A model generated the notes under the pieces. It saw only the letters and a program-made list of their open reading frames with translations. It made no database searches and was not told the DNA's origin. This document shows positions 22,410 through 29,372 of a stretch of DNA of 42,567 nt, in pieces (the stretch's first letter is position 1; each line of letters opens with the position of its first letter). The DNA is from a virus: positions 1-42,567 of the IMG/VR virus record IMGVR_UViG_3300046516_001619. One strand, given 5' to 3'. A program made the translations under genes and the position numbers.

Positions 22410-23689
22410 CAGGTCTCCACGGCCACCCCGCTCGAAGGTCGCGCTGGAATAGAGCTCACCGTCATAAACGGACCTCCTGCAAGGGTGCTCGTTGCGGCTA
22501 CCCCGCCCGGGGGCCGTGCTGGAATGAAGATTGCCGTCATGTACGGACCTCCCGCAAGGATGCTCGCCGCGTGCCCGGCAAGGATAGGAACAATCCACGT
22601 CGCGTACGGCGGTGGGCCGGGGAGTGGAATGACGCTGACCGTCGGAGCGTAGACCGCCTCCGCTGACGGGATCCCATCGGGACGCAGGCTCGGAGCCGTG
22701 AATGCAACGAACGGCGCATAGACCTGCTCGGCAGTCCCGATAGCCAGTGGGTTGACGGTCTGCGGAAGGACCAGGGAGACCGATGGGGCATAGACCTGAA
22801 CTCCCGTACTGATCGTGTCGGGCAGGACTTGCTGCGAAACTGTCGGGCTGTAGACGGTTTCGCCCGTCCCGATGGCGTTTGGAGCAACCGACTGCACGCC
22901 ACCGCTGAGCGTGACCACCGGCGCGTACACCGACTCCGCGGTCGCGATGAAGTTCGGCAGGACCTGGAGCTTGACGGTCGGCTGATAGACCGACGCTGCT
23001 GTACTGATGAAGCCCGGCGTAACCGTTTGGGCGCCGCCGGCGGCCGGTGACTTGATCGCCAGGACCACGGTCGCGCCAGGACCCGGCGAGACGTTGCTAT
23101 CGGAAATGGTGACGTGCGTCGAGGCCGGTGCCGCGGCGCCTGAGGCGAGCGCCTGCTTGGCGATGCCGATGTCGTCGGCACTGTTCCACTGAATCGTCCA
23201 CGTTGACGGTGCAGACCAGGTGGGCGCGTTGTCGTTGGTGACCGCCGTCGCCATGATGGCCAGATCGTCGATGGTCGCCGCGCCCGTCAGCGCAACGCTG
23301 GGCAGGCTCGAGTTGGTGCCAGCGACACTGGTGGTGTTCTGCGCCGACGCGTTGTTCTCGTACGGCGTGCCACTGCTCTGGGCGCCGGTGATGCGCAGCA
23401 GCGCGCCGACACGCCAGACCGAACCCGTCCACGACCAGGACGTGGCGTCGCTGCCGACGGCAATCTTCCAATCGACGCGCAGGTGCATCGACCCCGAAGG
23501 GTTGACGTTGTACAGGTTGGTGAACCCGCTGGGCATCGTCACCGTGCCCGTCGCGTCGGTGTAGAAGATCGCGACCAGCAGGTCGCCGGCGACCGTCCCG
23601 ACCGGTAGCGTTGGCGCAAACGTGGTGCCGTTGGCCCCGGCGACCGTCTGCATCCCTGCAGTACCGGCAGGGATTGTCGGACTGGTCAT
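22409..23689 (-). CDS. Tail protein with tandem peptide repeats (426 aa)
   Basis: Six copies of an I-x-T-x-E-x-V-Y-x-P-x-V type unit: FISTAASVYQPTV, FIATAESVYAPVV, AIGTGETVYSPTV, TISTGVQVYAPSV, AIGTAEQVYAPFV, IPSAEAVYAPTV. A C-terminal 23-aa duplication follows: ILAGGPYMTAIFIPARPPGGVA / TLAGGPFMTVSSIPARPSSGVA. Confidence 0.55.
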   Translation of the reverse strand: MTSPTIPAGTAGMQTVAGANGTTFAPTLPVGTVAGDLLVAIFYTDATGTVTMPSGFTNLYNVNPSGSMHLRVDWKIAVGSDATSWSWTGSVWRVGALLRITGAQSSGTPYENNASAQNTTSVAGTNSSLPSVALTGAATIDDLAIMATAVTNDNAPTWSAPSTWTIQWNSADDIGIAKQALASGAAAPASTHVTISDSNVSPGPGATVVLAIKSPAAGGAQTVTPGFISTAASVYQPTVKLQVLPNFIATAESVYAPVVTLSGGVQSVAPNAIGTGETVYSPTVSQQVLPDTISTGVQVYAPSVSLVLPQTVNPLAIGTAEQVYAPFVAFTAPSLRPDGIPSAEAVYAPTVSVIPLPGPPPYATWIVPILAGHAASILAGGPYMTAIFIPARPPGGVAATSTLAGGPFMTVSSIPARPSSGVAVET

Positions 23690-23710
23690 CTACATTACAG
23701 AGTGAAAACG

Positions 23711-24133
23711 CTAGAGCGTAAACAAACCCGATGCGTTGAAGACGACGTTCACGTCGGCGCCGTTCGGCGTAACCGGCAGTCCGGTGCCCGTATCCACCCA
23801 GGCAATCAGTCGTTGCGCCGACGCCGCGACATCAGCACCACCCGTCACGGCAGAGCTCTGGAAGTACAGCAGGCTATGCCCTGACGCATTGGCCGCTGGT
23901 GCCGTGAACGTGATGTCCGCCGCGTCGGCGGTGCCGGATGTGCCTGTCTTCGACGCCAGCGCGGCCGAGGTGGCGTGCAGCACGCCACTGGCACCGGTCA
24001 CGTCGCTGACAAATTTGTGAGCTGCGCTGAAGGTGTAGCTGCGGACCAGCGCGACCTTCATCACCGCGGTGTCGTAGTCGATCTCGCCTAAAAGGAATCC
24101 CTCGCGGCCGGGGTTGAACAGCGCGTTAGCCAT
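23711..24133 (-). CDS. Conserved-looking virion protein, function unknown (140 aa)
   Basis: ORF track: MANALFNPGREGFLLGEIDYDTAVMKVALV...LIAWVDTGTGLPVTPNGADVNVVFNASGLFTL. It lies between the head and tail genes. Confidence 0.45.
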   Translation of the reverse strand: MANALFNPGREGFLLGEIDYDTAVMKVALVRSYTFSAAHKFVSDVTGASGVLHATSAALASKTGTSGTADAADITFTAPAANASGHSLLYFQSSAVTGGADVAASAQRLIAWVDTGTGLPVTPNGADVNVVFNASGLFTL

Positions 24134-24329
24134 TGCCCTTGTCCGCGCTGCGCGCCGGAGGCGTGAGACCAGTGGCGTCCAGGATCTCCACTTTGCCGTC
24201 CTGCCACAGACTCATGACGTACTCGACGTCCTCGTCACTGAAATCTGTCTCGTGCTGCGGTCCGTAGACGATGCCCTCCTGACCGGGACGTGGATCCGCC
24301 GCGGGCGCCAGGAACCGAACTCTAGCCAC
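24126..24329 (-). CDS. Small head-module protein, paralogue A (67 aa)
   Basis: MARVRFLAPAADPRPGQEGIVYGPQHETDFSDEDVEYVMSLWQDGKVEIL aligns by eye with the neighbouring gene product. GTG start overlaps the upstream TAG. Confidence 0.5.
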   Translation of the reverse strand: MARVRFLAPAADPRPGQEGIVYGPQHETDFSDEDVEYVMSLWQDGKVEILDATGLTPPARSADKGNG

Positions 24330-24592
24330 TACTTCTTTCCCTTTTTCGGCAGATCACGGACGTCCTCGTCCTCGAGCGGCTCGGTCTCATCGCGACCGGT
24401 GACATCGCTGTAGTGGCCGCCTTCGCTGGCCATCTTCTCGGCGGCCTCCTCGTCGGCAATCACGCTGATCTTGCCGTCGGCTTTCCACGCCGCAACCTGC
24501 TCGTCGCTGACGTCGATGACCTCGCCGGCCGCGAAGGTGTTGCCCTCGACGAGCGGATCGGCGAGCGGAACCAGCAAGCGTACTTTCGGCAT
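24329..24592 (-). CDS. Small head-module protein, paralogue B (87 aa)
   Basis: MPKVRLLVPLADPLVEGNTFAAGEVIDVSDEQVAAWKADGKISVI, followed by an acidic tail ending in KKGKK. Confidence 0.5.
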   Translation of the reverse strand: MPKVRLLVPLADPLVEGNTFAAGEVIDVSDEQVAAWKADGKISVIADEEAAEKMASEGGHYSDVTGRDETEPLEDEDVRDLPKKGKK

Positions 24593-24765
24593 TATTTCTT
24601 CTTCCCCCTGGTCTTCGTCCCGGCAGCTTGTGCCGTCACGCGACGACTCACCACCGGTGGGTAGTACGGCGGCAGAGCCGTCGCGCCAGGGGGCGGCCCC
24701 TGTGACGGCAGCAGTGGATTGGGCGTGAGTTTCGGCTTGTACGCCGCGGTCTTGCGTGTGGCCAT
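24592..24765 (-). CDS. Small basic Pro-rich protein ending in KKK (57 aa)
   Basis: In-frame ATG 24765: MATRKTAAYKPKLTPNPLLPSQGPPPGATALPPYYPPVVSRRVTAQAAGTKTRGKKK. The longer ORF-track N-terminus overlaps the upstream gene. Confidence 0.4.
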   Translation of the reverse strand: MATRKTAAYKPKLTPNPLLPSQGPPPGATALPPYYPPVVSRRVTAQAAGTKTRGKKK

Positions 24766-24769
24766 CAGA

Positions 24770-24937
24770 TCACTTCTTCTTGCTCTTTCTGGCGGGGAGC
24801 TTGGACTCTTTGGTGCCCTTGAGTTTCTTCTGCGCCTCAGCAGGATCGAAGCCGGGCACGCCACCACCCGCGGCCAGGCCAAAGAACCTGGCCTGCGCGC
24901 GAGACACTGGCTTCTTGTAGGGTCGTCCACCTGGCAT
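24770..24937 (-). CDS. DUF3008-like small basic protein (55 aa)
   Basis: ATG 24937 is preceded by aggagaa. MPGGRPYKKPVSRAQARFFGLAAGGGVPGFDPAEAQKKLKGTKESKLPARKSKKK; the S.AQ.RFFG motif recalls the DUF3008 family. Confidence 0.45.
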   Translation of the reverse strand: MPGGRPYKKPVSRAQARFFGLAAGGGVPGFDPAEAQKKLKGTKESKLPARKSKKK

Positions 24938-24948
24938 GTGAGGTTCTC

Positions 24949-25362
24949 CTATGCCGTGGTAAACGTCGCGTCGGGCGTGAGCGTGACCGCGGTACCGACC
25001 GTGACCGTGATGCGGTAGTGGTAGAGCGTGGCCGTGGTCAGGCCGGTCAGGTTGGCCAGGATCGCGCCCTGGCCCGAAGCAGGCGTCGCCGCCTGATTCG
25101 AGCCATACGCGGTGGTCGTGCCGTAGTTGACCGCCATGGCCGTACACGGCTGGTCCACCGTCCAGTTGACGGTGGCCGTCGTCGCGGCAATCGGCGTGAC
25201 CGACTGGCCGCGTACGGTGGCGCCCACCAGCGCAGCTTTCCCATCGCGATTGAAGGCACGCACCATGGCCTCGTCGGCGATCGCGGCCACGTGGCCTTTA
25301 CCGTAGATGGTCGCGCCGGTGGTGGTGTCCTGGGCGTCGGCCAGGAACACGACGGTAGACAC
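24949..25362 (-). CDS. Fibronectin-type-III-like domain protein, candidate head decoration protein
   Basis: TATVNWTVDQPCTAMAVNYGTTTAYGSNQAA...LANLTGLTTATLYHYRITV matches the Fn3 pattern (W.T..p....V.YG.t..yg......L.gL...T.Y.Yrv). It lies immediately after the capsid gene. GTG start. Confidence 0.5.
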   Translation of the reverse strand: MSTVVFLADAQDTTTGATIYGKGHVAAIADEAMVRAFNRDGKAALVGATVRGQSVTPIAATTATVNWTVDQPCTAMAVNYGTTTAYGSNQAATPASGQGAILANLTGLTTATLYHYRITVTVGTAVTLTPDATFTTA

Positions 25363-25366
25363 GCGA

Positions 25367-25477
25367 CTACCCCGACGGAGGCGCCGGTTCCGGAGTAGGC
25401 TCCGGCTCCGGCCCCTCGGGCTGATCGTCGTCGTCTGGTTCGGCCGGAGGACCCGGTGGTTTTGGGTCTTCGCGCAT
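25367..25477 (-). CDS. Possible micro-ORF: acidic Pro-rich peptide (36 aa)
   Basis: Manual translation gives MREDPKPPGPPAEPDDDDQPEGPEPEPTPEPAPPSG. ATG lies 1 nt after the capsid stop and the ORF fills the whole intergenic gap. Speculative. Confidence 0.2.
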   Translation of the reverse strand: MREDPKPPGPPAEPDDDDQPEGPEPEPTPEPAPPSG

Positions 25478-25478
25478 A

Positions 25479-26486
25479 TCAGCCCTCGCCGCCAGTTGCG
25501 GCCTTCTGCTGCACTACGCCAAAGGGATAGCGCGAAGCCTTGGTCGGCTGTTGGCGATTGACCGGGTTGGGCACCGCCCAGGCAAAGCGGGCGATCACAC
25601 GGAGCGCCACCATGTCCTGTTGGAGCAGGTTGAACTGGATGACCGGTGGCGCGCCGTTATCGGTGATGACACCCGTGTCAAACATCTCCATGCTGATGTC
25701 TTCGCGGATGGCCAGCATCGACTGGTCCCACTGACCCATGATCATGGAGTAGTTGGCCGCGCCCGTGGCATAGCCCGACAGGCCAGCGTTGCTGAAAATG
25801 ATCGGCTCGCCGTACAGAGACCCGGTGTCAGCCGAGGCTGTTGGAGCCACGTCCGGATACCACAGCAACTCGTTGGTGGTCGCCCGCAGACCACGTAGCT
25901 TGCTCTTGACCTGGCGACGTGCCCAGAACCCGGTGATGTCGAAGCCGTCGGCCTCCACCGCCGCCATGGCCGCGTTGACGTCAGCCAGGTAGTCGGGTGT
26001 GGTCGCGCCAGCAATGATCAGGTTGCCGGCTGAGCTGGCCGAAGCGACGATACTGGTGGGGAACGTCGACGGCGCGTTGTTGCCGAAGAAGATCGCCTCG
26101 TCGAGCGCGACGCCGAACGCCTCGGTCACTTTCGGCTTGACCTGCGCCCAGAAGTCATAGTCGATGTCGTCGAGGAGGTTCTTGCTGATGGGGACGATGA
26201 CGGCCATCTCCTCGGCGTTCAGGTAGACGTTGTCCCAGGCCAACGAGGTGGTCTGCTTCATGCCGACATCCCTGGCGTCGAGGCTCGCGCCGGTCAGCCA
26301 GTACGCAATCGGCAGCTGGCTCATGACCGGGATACGCTGCTGCGCCCGTTTCATCGTCACATGGGGCATGAGCCGCATCGCGGCCGATTTCTCTTCGACG
26401 GACTGGACGATGTCTTTCTGGACGTCTTCAGGGATTAAAGGCCCGGTACCTGGTACGGCACGGGTGGCGATGCTGTTGTAGGGAAT
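25479..26486 (-). CDS. Major capsid protein, HK97 fold. The 5' end is extended to a putative ATT start; the first ATG is at 26378
   Basis: The body matches HK97-type capsid proteins (...LDEAIFFGNNAPSTFP..., ...GFWARRQVKSKLRGL..., ...LYGEPIIFSN..., ...MALRVIARFAW...). The open frame upstream of ATG 26378 encodes IPYNSIATRAVPGTGPLIPEDVQKDIVQSVEEKSAAMRLMP, the usual conserved N-terminal arm. This upstream stretch has no ATG/GTG/TTG/CTG. An in-frame ATT at 26486 lies 7 nt after GGAG. Confidence 0.8.
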   Translation of the reverse strand: MPYNSIATRAVPGTGPLIPEDVQKDIVQSVEEKSAAMRLMPHVTMKRAQQRIPVMSQLPIAYWLTGASLDARDVGMKQTTSLAWDNVYLNAEEMAVIVPISKNLLDDIDYDFWAQVKPKVTEAFGVALDEAIFFGNNAPSTFPTSIVASASSAGNLIIAGATTPDYLADVNAAMAAVEADGFDITGFWARRQVKSKLRGLRATTNELLWYPDVAPTASADTGSLYGEPIIFSNAGLSGYATGAANYSMIMGQWDQSMLAIREDISMEMFDTGVITDNGAPPVIQFNLLQQDMVALRVIARFAWAVPNPVNRQQPTKASRYPFGVVQQKAATGGEG

Positions 26487-26498
26487 CGGAGTGCTCCT

Positions 26499-27230
26499 CT
26501 ACAGGGAGCGGCGAGCTCCCAGTTGGCCTCGAAGGAGATTCGAGACGTTCTTGTCGGCCGCCGAGGGAGCGCCTGATCCGATGAACTCGGGCTCGCTCTG
26601 ACCTCGGCGAAATTCACTCAGGACCTGTTTGCGGAAGGCAGGATTTCGGCGCAACTTGTCTTCGGCGTCTCTGGCACCCTCGGCCTTCCAGTGCTTTTCC
26701 AGGGCTTTGAGCCCTTCTTCGACGATGAGCTTGCGACCCTCGAGACCGATGCCCGCACCGTCGAGTGCCATGATGCGGTTGCGTTCGGTTTCGGGTAAGG
26801 CCAGCACCACCGGGTCGACCGTGAAGCGGTCGTGGGTGGCACCGATGCTGCCGAGGATCTCACCGTTCTGTGCGTCGAGCTGAGCCGATTGCTCAGCCTT
26901 GCGCTCTTCCTCGGCGTACGCCCACGGGTCTTCGTCACGGAGCTTGCGGCGTCGTTCGGCAAGACCCTGCGCGTGGCGTTTGGCTTCGCGCCGATCCGTT
27001 TCGGCCTGAACTCGACGATCGAGCTCCTCCTGCGTCAGCGTGATCGCGCTGGACGTTTCGGCTGGCTCTGGCTGGTCCTGTGACTCGGGCTCTTCGCTCC
27101 CCCTCCCTCCGCGAAACAATCGCTGGAGAAAGTTACGGGAAGCGGGTCGCTCGGAGATCGAACCGGTCTCGGCTGCCTGGACATCCGCGGATGGCTCTAC
27201 GCTCGAAGGCTCGGCTGGTTGTGGCTGCAT
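26499..27230 (-). CDS. Scaffolding protein (243 aa from ATG 27230; TTG 27257 alternative)
   Basis: Highly charged, helical, coiled-coil composition (LTQEELDRRVQAETDRREAKRHAQGLAERRRKLRDED...). It lies directly upstream of the capsid gene. GAGGA SD before ATG 27230. Its TAG stop is in frame with the capsid ORF. Confidence 0.6.
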   Translation of the reverse strand: MQPQPAEPSSVEPSADVQAAETGSISERPASRNFLQRLFRGGRGSEEPESQDQPEPAETSSAITLTQEELDRRVQAETDRREAKRHAQGLAERRRKLRDEDPWAYAEEERKAEQSAQLDAQNGEILGSIGATHDRFTVDPVVLALPETERNRIMALDGAGIGLEGRKLIVEEGLKALEKHWKAEGARDAEDKLRRNPAFRKQVLSEFRRGQSEPEFIGSGAPSAADKNVSNLLRGQLGARRSL

Positions 27231-27259
27231 CGTAATCCTCGGCTTCTCGGGGTGCAATC

Positions 27260-29113
27260 TCAGGACGGGTACTGGTACGGCTGCATCGCGTCAGACATAG
27301 GGTTGAACGGCAGCAAGCCGGTCTGCTGCTGGCCCTGGGCCAGACCGCGAAAGTCCTGCTGCGGGGCTGCCCCGTACCCCTGCTGGAGGCCTGCATAGAA
27401 GGGGTGCTGGGGAATCTGGGGACTCGGCTGGGACGGCTGAGGCTGCCCCTGGTGGCTGACGGTGACCGTGCCGTCCGGCGCCACCGTGGTCGTCGGTGTG
27501 TAGTTGGTGCGATTGAGCTGTTGACTGACGTCCGTCTGCGATGACTGCGCCAGGGCGGGTGCGGCCTGCACGCCGTGGGTCGCGTTCATGTTCTGGGCAG
27601 CCGTCGGCGACAGGTGGGCCAGGGCCTGGTTGGTAGCCTGCTGGGCCAGCGCATTCAGGTCCGGCATCTGGAACGTCACGGCACTCCCGATATCGACGTT
27701 GCCCGGCGCTTTGCCCGTGGCGTACGCCTGCTGGATGTTGTTCAGGGCACCAGCGAATCCGGGGCCAACCATGTACGGCATCTGCGCCTTGGCCGCCTCA
27801 ACAGCGTTGGTGCCCGCCTGAGACGCGGTTGCGTAGTTCAGCCGATCCTGCTCGCTCGTCTTCTGCTGTTGTTCAACAGTTGCCTGTCGCTGAGCCACGT
27901 CGAGCGCGTTCTTCTGCGGCTCGACGGTCTGGTTCCACCACCGGTCGAACTGGGCAGCCGCGTCGGCCTGTGACAGCGCGCCGGAGCTCATCTTCTGAGA
28001 CAGCTCGTCGCGCTTGGTCTGAGCTGCTTGCTGCAACTGGCTGACGCGCATGGCCACGTCGGCCGGCGTCTTGGGCATGAAGCTCGGATTCGGAACGCTG
28101 CTGAGCTGCCCGTCCGTCATCGTATTGATGTACGGCTGGTCCGTCCCGGCGCTGACCTGGGTGGGTGTCGTCGGGGTGTAGCGCGTCGGCGACACGCTCG
28201 GATCGACGACCCACTGACCGCCCTTGTAGATCTCCTGAACCTTGTAGCCGGACTGGACGTTGGGCCGAACGTCACCCTCTTTGGGTTTGTTGAGCAGGTC
28301 CGGGCTATACGGCTTGGGCTCCACGCTGGGATCGGTCACCCACTGGCCACCCCTGTAGATCTCCTGGATGCTGTAGCCGGACTGGACGTTGGGTCGGGTG
28401 TCGCCTTCTTTAGGCTGGGTGCCGGCTTGCAGCGTAGTAAGCGTCTTGCCGTCCCAGGTGTACAGCGCACCTTGCTGGCCCTGAACCAGTTGCGGCTTGT
28501 CCGGCGTCGAGGCAATGAGGGGTTTGAGGGTGGTGCCGTCCCACGAGTACATCGCCCCGTTCTGACCGTTGACCACGGTCGGTCGCGTGGGCTGGGCGCC
28601 CTCGGGCACCGCGACGCGATTGCTCGCGTTCTTCGGGTCCTGTATGGCAATAACTTTGCTTTTCGGATCGCTCGGATCCGCGTGAATCTGCACCCACGTA
28701 CTGGGATCGGACGGAGGAGCACTGCCGGGCGCGGCGGGCTTGGTCTCGGGCGGCAGATCGGTCAGCAGGTGATACTGGCCGTCCTTGCCGCGACCGTACT
28801 GGTACGTCGTCGTCGAGCCATCGGGGTTGTAGACGGTGTACGGCACACGGTCCAGGGGTGGACTCGACTGAGCCGGCGCAGCCGTACCCGTGGCCACGCT
28901 GGGCGCCTTCTCGTCCATGCTCTTGATCTCGCCAGCACCGTTGATCTCCACCGTGGTGCCGTCCTGCATGGTGTACGTATAGAACGGATCTTTGACGCGG
29001 GCGCCATTCGGGTCGAAGTCAGGACTGGTCTTGGAGGGCTGACCGACCGGGCCGCCGTGGCGAGTCTGGAACGCCTCCCATCCCGCTTGTGTCGTCAGAT
29101 CTTCAGTTGCCAC
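27260..29113 (-). CDS. Large virion-associated protein with internal tandem duplications (617 aa)
   Basis: GTG 29113 is preceded by aaggaa. Repeats: VVNGQNGAMYSWDGTTLKPLIAS / LVQGQQGALYTWDGKTLTTLQAG, and KEGDTRPNVQSGYSIQEIYRGGQWVTDPSVEPKPYSP / KEGDVRPNVQSGYKVQEIYKGGQWVVDPSVSPTRYTP. The C-terminal half is Q/A-rich. Confidence 0.6.
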   Translation of the reverse strand: MATEDLTTQAGWEAFQTRHGGPVGQPSKTSPDFDPNGARVKDPFYTYTMQDGTTVEINGAGEIKSMDEKAPSVATGTAAPAQSSPPLDRVPYTVYNPDGSTTTYQYGRGKDGQYHLLTDLPPETKPAAPGSAPPSDPSTWVQIHADPSDPKSKVIAIQDPKNASNRVAVPEGAQPTRPTVVNGQNGAMYSWDGTTLKPLIASTPDKPQLVQGQQGALYTWDGKTLTTLQAGTQPKEGDTRPNVQSGYSIQEIYRGGQWVTDPSVEPKPYSPDLLNKPKEGDVRPNVQSGYKVQEIYKGGQWVVDPSVSPTRYTPTTPTQVSAGTDQPYINTMTDGQLSSVPNPSFMPKTPADVAMRVSQLQQAAQTKRDELSQKMSSGALSQADAAAQFDRWWNQTVEPQKNALDVAQRQATVEQQQKTSEQDRLNYATASQAGTNAVEAAKAQMPYMVGPGFAGALNNIQQAYATGKAPGNVDIGSAVTFQMPDLNALAQQATNQALAHLSPTAAQNMNATHGVQAAPALAQSSQTDVSQQLNRTNYTPTTTVAPDGTVTVSHQGQPQPSQPSPQIPQHPFYAGLQQGYGAAPQQDFRGLAQGQQQTGLLPFNPMSDAMQPYQYPS

Positions 29114-29168
29114 AGGACCATTCCTTTCTCTGCCAGGACATGCGGCCTATCATCGTCCCAGGCACCCA

Positions 29169-29372
29169 ATGCACATTCCTGACTGGTTGTTCATCGTCTT
29201 CATCGTGCTCTGGATACCGGGTGGCATCCTGGTCATGGCCCTGCCGAGCGGCCCCAGCACGATCCTTGCGGTCATCCTGGCCCTGCCACTGGTGGTCGGC
29301 TTCATCCTGAACGTCATCGCCGGTATCCGTGAGCAGCGCCTAGCGGCCCGCGGTCGCCATCGCAGTCTCTAA
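29169..29372 (+). CDS. Opposite-strand small membrane protein (67 aa, two TM helices); moron-like
   Basis: MHIPDWLFIVFIVLWIPGGILVMALPSGPSTILAVILALPLVVGFILNVIAGIREQRL. Strong third-position G/C bias in this frame. It occupies the otherwise empty 226-bp gap between two minus-strand virion genes. A TATCAT -10-like hexamer is at 29148..29153. Confidence 0.55.
   Translation: MHIPDWLFIVFIVLWIPGGILVMALPSGPSTILAVILALPLVVGFILNVIAGIREQRLAARGRHRSL

Noticed and set aside
22410-22598. N-terminal extension of ORF 21225..22598 with its own repeat (HPCGRSVHDGNLHSS / HPCRRSVYDGELYSS)
   Set aside because: This is the alternative-frame reading of the nucleotide duplication that encodes the C-terminal repeat of the upstream tail protein. 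ATG 22409 overlaps that gene's stop and gives a sensible start.
22634-23017. Diversity-generating retroelement or phase-variable cassette acting on the repeat-containing tail protein
   Set aside because: I found no reverse transcriptase ORF, no template-repeat copy elsewhere and no invertase near the tail genes. The repeats are in-frame structural units.
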